Positions 43,602 through 53,172 of a stretch of 64,000 nt of DNA are shown here, piece by piece. The notes beneath the pieces were generated by a model. It was not told where the DNA came from. It made no database searches and was given only the letters and a program-made list of their open reading frames with translations. A program made the position numbers and the translations under genes. Origin of the DNA: an uncultured Chloroflexia bacterium (lineage in GTDB: Bacteria > Chloroflexota > Limnocylindria > Limnocylindrales > CSP1-4); the NCBI GenBank assembly GCA_963841545.1, contig CAWJDE010000004.1, forward strand, positions 65,474 to 129,473, in the 5' to 3' direction. The first letter of the stretch is position 1; every line of letters starts with the position of its first letter.

Positions 43602-44876
43602 TCACCCGTGGGGGTGGAGGAACCGCGGCAGGTACGGCAGGTTGGCCTCGATGATCGCGTCCATGAGGTCCGGCGCCACCGACGCCGGCACCAGCGGGTT
43701 CGCGATCAGGGCCCGCAGCGCGTCGCGATCGTCGCCCCGCAGCGCGGCCTCGATCACCGCCAGCTCGTACGCCTTCACGTGGCGCACCAGCCCCAGCAGC
43801 TCGGGGGCGAGCGGGTCGGTGGGCAGCGGGTGGGCGCCGTCGCGATCGATGCGCGCCGGAACCTCCACGACGTCGGTGTCCGCGAGGTTCGGGATCGTGC
43901 CGTCGTTGCGCACGTCCACGACATGGATCGCGCCGTCGCCCGTGTGGAGCGACTCGATCAATGCGGCCGCGGCTTCGCTGTAGTAGGCGCCGCCCCGCTG
44001 CTCGAGGAGCGCCGGCTTGGAGGCCAGCGTGGGATCGCGGTAGAGGTCCAGCAGCTCGCGCTCGATCGCGATCACGTCGTTCGCCCGGCTCGCCCCGTCG
44101 AGCTGCTCCCGGAGGACGTCGGCGGTCGCGTAGTAGTAGCGCAGGTAGTACGAGGGCACGGCACCCAGCGCCCGCACCAGGTCCAGCCCGAAGTGATCGT
44201 CGGCGGTCACCATCGGGTCGCCGGCGTCGAGCAGCTCGGGCAGCCGGTCGACGCCGTCGACGAGCACGGCCCGGATCCAGGAGAGGTGGTTCAGCCCGAC
44301 GTGGTCGAGCCGAACCCGCTCCGGGGACACGGCGAACCGGCGCGCGAACCCGCGCTGGAACCCGATCGCGACGTTGCACAGGCCGAGCGCGTGGTGACCC
44401 CCGTCGACCAGGGCCTGGGTGACGATCCCGACCGGGTTGGTGAAATCAAGGATCCAGGCTCCCGGCGCGCCACGTCGGCCGGCCTCCTCCGCGATCTCGA
44501 GGACCAGCGGCACGGTGCGCAGCGCCTTCGCGAAGCCGCCCGGGCCGGTCGTCTCCTGGCCGATCACGCCAAACCGGTGGGGCAGCGTCTCGTCCACCAG
44601 CCGCGCGGCCTGGCCGCCGACGCGCAGCTGGATCAGCACGTACCCGGCGCCGTCGAGCGCCTGGTCGCGGCGTCCCGTGAGCACCAGGCGACCCGGCCAG
44701 CCGGCGGCATCCAGGATGCGCGACGCGAGCCCACCGACGATCTCCAGCCGCTCCGCATCGGGGTCCTGGAGGACGAGCTCGTCGATCGGCAGCACGGTCG
44801 CCCGTCTCGCGAACCCCTCCACGAGCTCAGGGGTGTACGTGCTGCCCCCGCCGACGACCGCGACCTTGAGGCCCAT
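43602..44876 (-). CDS. Glycoside hydrolase family 4 enzyme (NAD+/Mn2+-dependent 6-phospho-glucosidase type)
   Basis: The N-terminus is 'MGLKVAVVGGGSTYTPELVEG'. The GH4 Cys-containing motif 'GLCNVAIG' and 'HLSWI' are present. Confidence 0.8.
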   Translation of the reverse strand: MGLKVAVVGGGSTYTPELVEGFARRATVLPIDELVLQDPDAERLEIVGGLASRILDAAGWPGRLVLTGRRDQALDGAGYVLIQLRVGGQAARLVDETLPHRFGVIGQETTGPGGFAKALRTVPLVLEIAEEAGRRGAPGAWILDFTNPVGIVTQALVDGGHHALGLCNVAIGFQRGFARRFAVSPERVRLDHVGLNHLSWIRAVLVDGVDRLPELLDAGDPMVTADDHFGLDLVRALGAVPSYYLRYYYATADVLREQLDGASRANDVIAIERELLDLYRDPTLASKPALLEQRGGAYYSEAAAALIESLHTGDGAIHVVDVRNDGTIPNLADTDVVEVPARIDRDGAHPLPTDPLAPELLGLVRHVKAYELAVIEAALRGDDRDALRALIANPLVPASVAPDLMDAIIEANLPYLPRFLHPHG

Positions 44877-44916
44877 CGAACCTGCACCTCGGCTGCTGCC
44901 CCGTGGCAGCGTACGC

Positions 44917-44939
44917 TTGACAGATTGCTTATAACGTTA
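44917..44939. promoter_or_regulatory. Low-GC divergent promoter/operator region with a TTGACA box and an 8-bp palindrome TAACGTTA (44932–44939) between the GH4 gene and the GntR gene
   Basis: The sequence 'gcTTGACAgattgcttaTAACGTTAgcag' is seen directly. GntR/HutC operators are short AT-rich palindromes. Confidence 0.3.
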
Positions 44940-44980
44940 GCAGCATCCTCGGCCGCAGCAAGAGGGCAACGTCGCCGCCG

Positions 44981-45793
44981 ATGGCACGCTTCCGACTCCT
45001 CGCCGGTCCGGTTCCGCTGCACCACCAGGTGTACCTGGACCTGCGCGCCGCCCTCGATGCGGGCGAGTGGCACCCCGGCGACCGGCTGCCACCCGAGCGC
45101 GAGCTCGCCGCCCGTTACGGCTGCAGCCTGATCACCGTCCGGCGAGCGCTGAGCGACCTGGCCCGCGAGCGGCGGCTGGACCGGGCGCAGGGCCGGGGCA
45201 CCTTCGTCACCCGGCCGCCGATCGATCTCGATCTGGACGGGACGATGTCGTTCACCGAGGAGCTCCAGCAGCTGGGGCACGACCCGTCGACGCGGGTGGT
45301 GACCGCGCGGACCCTGCCGGCCGAGGTCGCCGTCGCCGAGGCGCTGGAGGTCGCGGTGGGCGCCTCGGTGGTCCATCTGGAGCGGCTCCGGATGGCCGAT
45401 GGGGAGCCGCTGCTGCTCGAGCAGGTGTTCCTGCCCGAGGCCCGGTTTCCGGGGCTGCTCGCGAGCGACCTCGAGCGAGGCTCGCTGTACGAGCTGCTCA
45501 CCGAGCGCTACCGGACGCCGGTGGTGCGAGCGCGCGAGGCGCTCGAGCCGATCGCCCTGCCGGCGCGCGAGGCGCACCTGCTCGGCGTGGAGCCCGACCG
45601 CCCGGCGCTGCTGATCGAAGGGATCGCCTTCGACCGATCCGGCCGGCCGGTCGAGCTTGCGCGGTCGTTCGTCCGCGGCGACCGGACGCGCTACTACGTG
45701 GAGCGGGTCGTCGTCCGCTCCGGTCTCAGGTCCGGTGAGGCGGCCCCGGGCGCCGCCGAAGCCACCCTGGGGCGACTCTCGCGCACACCCTGA
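44981..45793 (+). CDS. GntR-family transcriptional regulator (HutC subfamily with UTRA effector domain)
   Basis: The wHTH reads 'GDRLPPERELAARYGCSLITVRRALSDLARE'. A UTRA-like C-terminal domain follows. Confidence 0.8.
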   Translation: MARFRLLAGPVPLHHQVYLDLRAALDAGEWHPGDRLPPERELAARYGCSLITVRRALSDLARERRLDRAQGRGTFVTRPPIDLDLDGTMSFTEELQQLGHDPSTRVVTARTLPAEVAVAEALEVAVGASVVHLERLRMADGEPLLLEQVFLPEARFPGLLASDLERGSLYELLTERYRTPVVRAREALEPIALPAREAHLLGVEPDRPALLIEGIAFDRSGRPVELARSFVRGDRTRYYVERVVVRSGLRSGEAAPGAAEATLGRLSRTP

Positions 45794-45838
45794 CGCCCCG
45801 CCGGCGGTCGGCGGTCCATGCCCGGGCAGGAGGAGGCC

Positions 45839-47296
45839 ATGCGAGCGTTCCGAGGCTTTGCCGCGATGGGAGTGCTGGCGATCGTCGTCGGCGCCTGCGG
45901 CGGCAGCAACCCGACGACCGCCCCGGGGACGCCGGGCGGCGCGACATCCGGGCCCGGCGCCACGCCGACGGCGGCGCCGGCGACACCCGGGAGCCAGGGC
46001 CAGACCGAGATCCGCTGGTACTGCTGCCTGGGCGGTGGCGACGCACCCGAGCAGGTCGACGTCGAGAAGCAGGTCGTCGACGAGTTCAACGCAAGCCAGG
46101 CGGACATCAAGCTCACCTTCGAGGCGGTGCCCTACGCGGGCGCCAACGACGCGCTGGCCACGGAGATCGCCTCGGGCAACGGGCCCGACATCGTGGGTCC
46201 GGTCGGGATCGGCGGTGCCAACGCCTTCCATGGGCAGTGGCTCGACCTCGCGCCGCTGATCGGCTCGACGGGCTACGACCTGTCGGGCTTCCCGGCCGAC
46301 GCGGTGAACATCTACAAGCTCGACGAGGGCCAGGTCGGCATCCCGTTCGCCATCTATCCGTCGGTCCTGTTCTACTCCAAGAGCCTGTTCGCGGAAGCCG
46401 GCTTGCAGGAGCCGCCGCACCAGTACGGCGCGAAGTACACGATGCCCGACGGCAGCCAGGTCGACTGGACGTACGACACGATCCGCGAGATCGCCAGGAT
46501 CCTGACCGTGGACAACAAGGGCCGGGACGCGACCCAGGCGGGCTTCGATCCCAAGCACATCGTCCAGTGGGGGTTCGAGCCGCAACGTGACGACCTGCGC
46601 GGCATGGGCGCCTACTTCGGCGCGGGCGCCCTGGCGGGTGGCGCGGACGGGAAGACCGCCCAGATCCCGGACGCGTGGAAGGCGGCATGGTCGTTCTGGT
46701 ACGACAGCATGTGGACCGACCACATCTCGATGACCGGTCCCGTGTTCAGCAGCCCGGACATCAACCCGGAGGACTACCCGTTCTTCACCGGCAAGATCGC
46801 GATGAGCGAGAACTTCCTGTGGTCGACGTACGGGCTCGAGGGTCTGAACGGCGACTGGGACATCGGCGTCATCCCGAGCTACAACGGGCAGGTCACCTCG
46901 GCGTTCAACGCCGACACCTTCCGCATCCTCAAGGGCACCAAGCATCCCGATCAGGCGTTCGAGGTGCTCACCTACCTGCTGGGCGACGGTGCCCCGGAGC
47001 TGCTCGCCACCTACGGCGGCATGCCCGCCCGGACGGCAGGCCAGGATGCGTTCTTCGCCGGCCAGGACGAGACGTTCACCCAGAAGCCCGACTGGCAGGT
47101 CGCGATCGACAGCATCCAGTACGCCGACAACCCCAACTTCGAGTCGTACATGCCCGCGTACAACGAGACGCTGGGGCTGGTCGGGTCGGGCGGCAAGTAC
47201 ACGACGAAGTGGCAGACCGATCAGGGCCTGGACATGAACCAGGAGGTGGAGTCGCTGCGGGCCGAGATCCAGGCGATCTGGGACAAGCAGCCGTGA
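45839..47296 (+). CDS. Sugar ABC transporter substrate-binding lipoprotein
   Basis: An RBS 'caggaggagg' precedes the ATG. The lipobox 'VVGACGGS' is present and the fold is family-1 SBP-like. Confidence 0.8.
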   Translation: MRAFRGFAAMGVLAIVVGACGGSNPTTAPGTPGGATSGPGATPTAAPATPGSQGQTEIRWYCCLGGGDAPEQVDVEKQVVDEFNASQADIKLTFEAVPYAGANDALATEIASGNGPDIVGPVGIGGANAFHGQWLDLAPLIGSTGYDLSGFPADAVNIYKLDEGQVGIPFAIYPSVLFYSKSLFAEAGLQEPPHQYGAKYTMPDGSQVDWTYDTIREIARILTVDNKGRDATQAGFDPKHIVQWGFEPQRDDLRGMGAYFGAGALAGGADGKTAQIPDAWKAAWSFWYDSMWTDHISMTGPVFSSPDINPEDYPFFTGKIAMSENFLWSTYGLEGLNGDWDIGVIPSYNGQVTSAFNADTFRILKGTKHPDQAFEVLTYLLGDGAPELLATYGGMPARTAGQDAFFAGQDETFTQKPDWQVAIDSIQYADNPNFESYMPAYNETLGLVGSGGKYTTKWQTDQGLDMNQEVESLRAEIQAIWDKQP

Positions 47297-47414
47297 GCTG
47301 CCGCGGCGCCGCCCACCGGGCGACGCCGCGGGCAAGGATGGACCGGTCCGGCCCGGCAGGACCGGACCGGTCATCCCCGGACCGAGACGGCATGAGCGTG
47401 TGGAGGCGAGCCCG

Positions 47415-48371
47415 ATGACCGCGCCCTCGACCCCGGCCGGCGGCCGGCGACGCCGATCGCCGTTCGGCCTGACCGCCCTCGGCTGGCGCGAGGCCCGCTG
47501 GGGGTACCTGTTCCTCGCCCCCTGGGTCATCGGGTTCCTGGTGTTCACCCTGGCGCCGATGGTGGCCTCGCTCGCGTTCACGTTCACCAACATCAACCTG
47601 GCCCAGGAACAGCCGCTGGCGTTCGTCGGGCTCCAGAACTGGCAGACGCTGATGGCCGATCAGCAGACCTGGGATTCACTGGCCGTCACGGTCCGCTTCG
47701 CGGTCCTCCAGCTCCCGATCGCCATCGTCCTGCCGTTCATCCTGGCGCTCGCGCTGAACAGCCGCGCGCTCAAGGGCCCGGGCGTGTTCCGGGTCCTGTT
47801 CTTCCTGCCCTACGTCATCCCGTTCGTGTCCGGCGTCCTGATCTGGCAGGGGATGCTCAACCTCGAGACCGGCTGGGTGAACGCCTTCCTCCGGTTCACG
47901 GGCATCGAGAGCCCGCCCAACTGGGTGAACGACACGACCTTCATCTACCCGGCGCTGGTGTTCATCGGCATCTGGGGCGTGGGGTCGGGGATCATCGTCA
48001 ACCTGGCCGGGCTGCGGGGCATCCCGAGCGAGCTGTACGACGCCGCCCGCATCGACGGCGCCGGCTGGTGGGGCGCGCTGCGGCACGTGACCCTGCCCAT
48101 GATGTCGCCGGTCATCTTCTACACGCTCGTGCTCGGCATCGTCGACGTGCTCCAGTACTTCCTGGTCCCGCTCGTGCTCAACAACGGGACGGGCGAGCCG
48201 GGCGGGACCACGTTCTTCTTCAACCTCTACCTGTACAAGAACTTCTTCACCTACCAGAACATGGCCTACGGCGCCACGCTGGCGTGGCTGCTGTTCATCG
48301 TGACGCTGGTCACCAGCCTGATCGTGTTCCGGACCTCACGTCGCTGGGTCTACTACGCGGGAGGCCGCTGA
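47415..48371 (+). CDS. Sugar ABC transporter permease (MalF/UgpA type)
   Basis: The EAA loop 'DAARIDGAGWWGALRHVTLP' is present. The protein has 6 TM helices. Confidence 0.8.
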   Translation: MTAPSTPAGGRRRRSPFGLTALGWREARWGYLFLAPWVIGFLVFTLAPMVASLAFTFTNINLAQEQPLAFVGLQNWQTLMADQQTWDSLAVTVRFAVLQLPIAIVLPFILALALNSRALKGPGVFRVLFFLPYVIPFVSGVLIWQGMLNLETGWVNAFLRFTGIESPPNWVNDTTFIYPALVFIGIWGVGSGIIVNLAGLRGIPSELYDAARIDGAGWWGALRHVTLPMMSPVIFYTLVLGIVDVLQYFLVPLVLNNGTGEPGGTTFFFNLYLYKNFFTYQNMAYGATLAWLLFIVTLVTSLIVFRTSRRWVYYAGGR

Positions 48372-48374
48372 GCC

Positions 48375-49478
48375 ATGAGCGCCTCGGCCCACATCCGCGC
48401 CTCCGGTGGCACCGGCGCCGCCCGGTTCGGCGGGCTCCGCCTGCGCCGACCGAGGCGGCCGCGCCGGCTCGCGACCTCGTTCACGCTGACGTTCGTCCTG
48501 GTGGTCGTGCTCGCGGCGTTCCTGTCGCCGATCCTGCGCTCGGTGATGGTGTCGCTCAAGACGCCGGCCCAGCTGTCCGAGACCAGCTCCCCGTTCCTGC
48601 CGTCGGTGCCGCAGACGTTCACCTGGCAGGGCAAGGACGTCGACGTGTACGTGGTCCCGTTCGACGGGGGCGTCCGCCAGCTCGCGCTGGTGACGCCTGG
48701 TCGTCAGCAGAGCCAGTTCGTCGACCCCGCGAACCCCGATGCCGGGCTGATCACCTGGGACGGCTCGTGGCGGACGCTCGACCGCGCCTGGGTGCTCTCG
48801 CCCGCCTGGCAGAACTACGCCGACGTGTGGGACCTGATCGACTTCCCGCGCCTGCTGTTCAACACGATCGTCATCTCGCTGATCGGCATGGTGGGCACGG
48901 TCACGTCGTGCACCCTGGTCGCCTACGGGTTCGCCCGGTTCCGGTTCCCCGGACGGTCGTTCCTGTTCACGATCCTGATCGCGACGATCTTCCTGCCGGC
49001 CGCGGTCACGATCGTGCCCACGTACACGATGTTCGCCAAGCTCGGCTGGGTGGGGACCTGGCTGCCGCTGCTGGTGCCCACGTTCTTCGCCAACGCGTGG
49101 GACGTGTTCCTGCTCCGCCAGTACCTGCTCACCATCCCGCGGGAGATGGACGAGGCCGCCTCGATCGACGGCGCCGGGCCGTTCAGGACGCTGGTCTCGG
49201 TCATCCTGCCCCAGGCCTGGCCGGTGGTGATCGCGGTCGCGATCTTCCACCTCGTCTACTCGTGGAATGACTTCTTCAACCCGCTGATCTACCTGTCCAC
49301 CAAGCCCGATCTTCAGCCGCTCGCGGTCGGCCTGCAGCGCTTCAACGGGATCCACTACCGCAACCCGGCCTACGTCCAGGCCGGGACCCTGATGACGATG
49401 GTGATCCCGGTGGTCCTGTTCCTGGTGTTCCAGAAGATCTTCGTGCGCGGCGTGGTCATCACCGGGGTGGAGAAGTGA
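48375..49478 (+). CDS. Sugar ABC transporter permease (MalG/UgpE type)
   Basis: The EAA loop 'DEAASIDGAGPFRTLVSVILP' is present. Confidence 0.8.
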   Translation: MSASAHIRASGGTGAARFGGLRLRRPRRPRRLATSFTLTFVLVVVLAAFLSPILRSVMVSLKTPAQLSETSSPFLPSVPQTFTWQGKDVDVYVVPFDGGVRQLALVTPGRQQSQFVDPANPDAGLITWDGSWRTLDRAWVLSPAWQNYADVWDLIDFPRLLFNTIVISLIGMVGTVTSCTLVAYGFARFRFPGRSFLFTILIATIFLPAAVTIVPTYTMFAKLGWVGTWLPLLVPTFFANAWDVFLLRQYLLTIPREMDEAASIDGAGPFRTLVSVILPQAWPVVIAVAIFHLVYSWNDFFNPLIYLSTKPDLQPLAVGLQRFNGIHYRNPAYVQAGTLMTMVIPVVLFLVFQKIFVRGVVITGVEK

Positions 49479-50155
49479 GCGGCGACGGTGCCGCCGGATC
49501 GGGATCGTCGTTCCGGATCGCGCTCACCTTCGACGCCGAGCATCCCGACCGGCCGACCATGCCGGGCGTCACGGCGGCGATCCTCGACGTCCTGGGCTCG
49601 CTCGCCGTGCCCGCCGCGTTCTTCGTCCAGGGCCGCTGGGCGGAGGCGGATCCGTCGGCCGCCCGCCGGATCGCGGATGACGGGCACCTGGTGGGCAACC
49701 ACTCGCATCACCACGCGCGGATGACGCTCCTCACCCGGCACGGCATCGATCGTGACGTCCGGGCGGCCGAGACGGCGATCCGGGCCGCCACCGGTGTCGA
49801 TCCGCGGCCCTGGTTCCGCTGCCCGTTCGGCGCGGGCGCGGGCAGCGCGCGGCTCATCGATCGGCTGGACGGCCTCGGCTACCGCGACGTCGGCTGGCAC
49901 GTCGACGGCCGCGACTGGTCCGGCGTCACGGCCCGCCTGCTGGCGACCCGCGTGGTTCGCGGGGTCGAGCGTCACGGGGACGGGGCCGTCGTGCTCCTCC
50001 ACGGCTGGCCCGCGCCCACGCCGCGGGCGCTGCCGTCGCTGATCGCCGAGCTGCGCCGCCAGGGCGGGGTGTTCGTGCGCCTCGACGGGCTCGACGCGCT
50101 GCCCGGAAGGCGGCCGTCGACGGCCGGAGCGCCCGGCGCCTCGGGCGCCGGATGA
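49475..50155 (+). CDS. Polysaccharide deacetylase (carbohydrate esterase family 4 / NodB-homology domain)
   Basis: The GTG overlaps the upstream stop (GTGA). Motifs are 'TFDAEH' and 'GNHSHHH'. Confidence 0.7.
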   Translation: MSGDGAAGSGSSFRIALTFDAEHPDRPTMPGVTAAILDVLGSLAVPAAFFVQGRWAEADPSAARRIADDGHLVGNHSHHHARMTLLTRHGIDRDVRAAETAIRAATGVDPRPWFRCPFGAGAGSARLIDRLDGLGYRDVGWHVDGRDWSGVTARLLATRVVRGVERHGDGAVVLLHGWPAPTPRALPSLIAELRRQGGVFVRLDGLDALPGRRPSTAGAPGASGAG

Positions 50156-51165
50156 CGATCCCGATCGTCGCCGTCGACGGCGGCAACTCCAAGACCGATG
50201 TCGCCCTGCTGCGTTCCGACGGGACGCTGCTCGCGGTGCTCCACGGGCCGACGGTCTCGCACCAGCAGATCGGGCCCGAGCAGGCCGGCCCGCGACTCGT
50301 CGCGCTCACCCGGCAGGCCGCCGAGCAGGCCGGGCTCGACCCCGGCGAGCCGCCGCTGGCCGACATCGCCGTCCTGTGCCTGGCCGGCCTGGACCTGCCG
50401 TCCGACCGCCGGCTGCTGGCCGCCACCCACGGTGCGTCGGGGCTGGCCCACGAGATCGTGCTCCGCAACGACACGCACGCCGCGTTGCGTGCCGGATCGC
50501 GCGAACCGTGGGGCGTGGCCGTCGTGCTGGGGCGCGGCATCAATGCGATCGGCGTGTCGCGGGGGGGACGCGAGGCGAGGTTCGCGGGCCTCGGGCCGAT
50601 CAGCGGCGATCGCGGCGGGGGTGGCTGGCTGGGCGTCGAAGGGCTGGGCGCCGCCGTCCGGGCCCGCGACGGCCGGGGGCCGGCGACCGTGCTCGAGCGC
50701 GTCGTGCCGGCCGCGCTGGGGTTGCGGCGCCCGATCGATGTCACGGTTGCCCTGTACCGCGGCCGGCTCTCCTCCGAGCGGCTGGACGGGCTGGCGCCGG
50801 TCGTGGTGGCCGCGGCCGCCGGCGGGGACGCCGTCGCGCTGGGCATCATGGCCACGCTCGCCGACGAGGTGGCGTCGTTCGCGATTGCCGCCATCCGGCG
50901 TTCCGGGCTCACCCGGCAGGCGGTTCCGGTCGTCCTGGCGGGTGGCGTGGCGCGGGGCGCCGACGCGCTGCTCAGGCCGCTGGTCGCCGCCCGCGTCCGG
51001 GCTGTCGCGCCGCGTGCAGACGTCCGCGTGCTCCAGGCCCCGCCGGTGCTCGGGGCAGCGCTCCTGGCGCTCGACCGGGTCCGGCCCGGCGATCCGGCGG
51101 CGAGGGAGCGGGCCACGGCCGCCCTCGCGACGATGGCCCTCGGGTCAGCCCCCCTCGGCCGCTGA
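50152..51165 (+). CDS. BadF/BadG/BcrA/BcrD-type ATPase; N-acetylglucosamine-kinase-like sugar kinase
   Basis: The ATG overlaps the upstream stop (ATGA). The motif 'IVAVDGGNSKTDVAL' is an ASKHA phosphate-1 motif. Confidence 0.7.
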   Translation: MTIPIVAVDGGNSKTDVALLRSDGTLLAVLHGPTVSHQQIGPEQAGPRLVALTRQAAEQAGLDPGEPPLADIAVLCLAGLDLPSDRRLLAATHGASGLAHEIVLRNDTHAALRAGSREPWGVAVVLGRGINAIGVSRGGREARFAGLGPISGDRGGGGWLGVEGLGAAVRARDGRGPATVLERVVPAALGLRRPIDVTVALYRGRLSSERLDGLAPVVVAAAAGGDAVALGIMATLADEVASFAIAAIRRSGLTRQAVPVVLAGGVARGADALLRPLVAARVRAVAPRADVRVLQAPPVLGAALLALDRVRPGDPAARERATAALATMALGSAPLGR

Positions 51166-52290
51166 CGCGGCCGGCTCACCGGCCGGTGGTGGCGCCGTCG
51201 GGGGATCGGCGGCCTCCGGCTCCGGCGGATACAGCTCGCGGAACACGACGTTGAGCGCGGCCGCGATCGGGACGCCGAGCAGCCCGCCCAGCACGCCGTA
51301 CACGCTCAGCCCGACCAGGACCGCGAAGATCGTGACCACCGGGTGCAGGTGGACGGCGCGGCCGATGACGATCGGCATCACCACCTGGTCCTCGACCTGG
51401 CGGATCACGAGGTAGACCACGATCACGACCACGGCGAGCCCTGCCCCGCCGTGCGCGAACGCGTCGATCGCGGCGATGCCGGTCGCGACCAGCGGCCCGA
51501 CGAGGGGGATGATCTCCAGCACGCCGGTGAGCACCGAGATCGCCAGCGCGTATGGCAGGTGGAGCACCGGGCCCAGCACGACGTACACCACGGCGGTGAC
51601 CAGAGCGATCAGCAGCAGCTGGCCGCGCAGCCACTTGCCGAGCACGACGTGGATCCGGCCGAGCAGGGCGATCGTCCGCTCCCGGTGCCGGATCGGCAGC
51701 ACCGACAGCGCCCGGTCCACGAACGATGCGCCGTCGACCAGGAAGTAGAAGGTCACGATCACCGCGAGCAGCGCCTGGAGCGCGCCCTCACCGGCCTGGC
51801 CCGCCAGATGGACGGCGTCGCCGGGTGAGGCGAACAGGCCCGCGGCGCGTGCCTGCACCTCGCGCGCGACATCGGCGATCGCGATCTGCTGGCCCGCGAC
51901 CTCGATCGTGTCGGCGCCGGCCAGCCGGCGCAACGTCGTGGCGAGCGAATCGGGACCCGCCGTGCCCAGGCTCGCGAGCTCGACGGCTACCTGCTCCGCG
52001 AGCAGCGCGAGCAGCGCGACGATGATCGCGGCGGCGACGAGGTACCCGATCGCGACGACGACGACCCGCGGCTGGCCCGTGCGCGCCTGGGCGGCGCCGA
52101 TGAGCGGGCTGAAGGCATACGCGAGCACCGCGGCGACGACGAACGGGGCGAGCACGCCGCGGGCGAGCCACAGGATGACCGCGACCGCGACGACGAGCAC
52201 GAGGAACGGCCCGTTGCCGTCGCGCCGCCAGCCTTCGCCCGTCGGTCCCGCGCCGGTCGGCCCCTCCGCCTCCCCATCGGACCCCGTCAT
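51145..52290 (-). CDS. AI-2E family transporter (PerM/UPF0118)
   Basis: The start 'MTGSDGEAEG' overlaps the panC stop (ATGA). The protein has 8 TM helices and AI-2E-like segments such as 'VLGKWLRGQLLLIAL'. Confidence 0.7.
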   Translation of the reverse strand: MTGSDGEAEGPTGAGPTGEGWRRDGNGPFLVLVVAVAVILWLARGVLAPFVVAAVLAYAFSPLIGAAQARTGQPRVVVVAIGYLVAAAIIVALLALLAEQVAVELASLGTAGPDSLATTLRRLAGADTIEVAGQQIAIADVAREVQARAAGLFASPGDAVHLAGQAGEGALQALLAVIVTFYFLVDGASFVDRALSVLPIRHRERTIALLGRIHVVLGKWLRGQLLLIALVTAVVYVVLGPVLHLPYALAISVLTGVLEIIPLVGPLVATGIAAIDAFAHGGAGLAVVVIVVYLVIRQVEDQVVMPIVIGRAVHLHPVVTIFAVLVGLSVYGVLGGLLGVPIAAALNVVFRELYPPEPEAADPPTAPPPAGEPAASAAEGG

Positions 52291-53120
52291 GCCACGAGCT
52301 CGTTGTCGATCAGGCGCACCCCCTCGATCCGCACGGCCAGCGACAGCAGCGCACGGCCGGGGACCGTCGCCAGCTCCGCCAGCGTGTCCGGATCGGCCAC
52401 CGACACGTAGTCCACCTCGGCCATCGGCTCGCCGGCGAGCACCCGGCGCATCTCGGACCGGATGGCGTCGCCGACCCGCTCGCCGCCCTCGACGCAGGCC
52501 GCCCCGGCGAGCAGCGCGCGCCGGAGGACCGGGGCCGCGGCGCGGCCGGACGGCGTCAGCCGGGCGTTGCGCGACGAGAGCGCCAGGCCGTCCGGCTCGC
52601 GGACGGTGGGACACGGGACCACCTCGGTCGGCAGCGCCAGATCGAGCGCCATTCGCTGGATCACCCGCACCTGCTGGTAGTCCTTGACCCCGAAGTAGGC
52701 ATGCTCCGCACCGACCAGCGCGAACAGGATCGCGACCACGGTGGCCACCCCGTCGAAATGGCCCGGACGGGCCGCGCCCTCGAGCGGCTCGGCGATCGCG
52801 CCCACCGCCACCGAGGTGTCGAACCCGGGCGGATACACCTCGTCGACCGACGGCGCGAACACCAGGTCCACGCCAGCGGCCTCGCAGATGGCGAGATCGC
52901 GCGCCTCGTTCCGCGGGTACTGCATGAAGTCGGCCGCCTCGCCGAACTGACGCGGGTTGACGAAGATCGACACGACCACCGTCGCGCTGTCGGCGCGTGC
53001 GCGGCCGACCAGCGAGGTGTGGCCCTCGTGCAGCCAGCCCAGGGTCGGCACCAGCCCGATCGGCCGCGGCGCGGCGGCCAGGGCGTCGCGCAGGGCCGCC
53101 CGCGTCCGAATGACGTTCAC
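52287..53120 (-). CDS. panC: Pantoate–beta-alanine ligase
   Basis: Motifs are 'VPTLGWLHEGHTSLV' (HIGH-type) and 'FGVKDYQQ'. Confidence 0.9.
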   Translation of the reverse strand: MNVIRTRAALRDALAAAPRPIGLVPTLGWLHEGHTSLVGRARADSATVVVSIFVNPRQFGEAADFMQYPRNEARDLAICEAAGVDLVFAPSVDEVYPPGFDTSVAVGAIAEPLEGAARPGHFDGVATVVAILFALVGAEHAYFGVKDYQQVRVIQRMALDLALPTEVVPCPTVREPDGLALSSRNARLTPSGRAAAPVLRRALLAGAACVEGGERVGDAIRSEMRRVLAGEPMAEVDYVSVADPDTLAELATVPGRALLSLAVRIEGVRLIDNELVA

Positions 53121-53172
53121 TCGTCCCCTCCGGGGTCTGGGGCGACGCGCTCGCGAGCCGTCGGCCCGAGGA

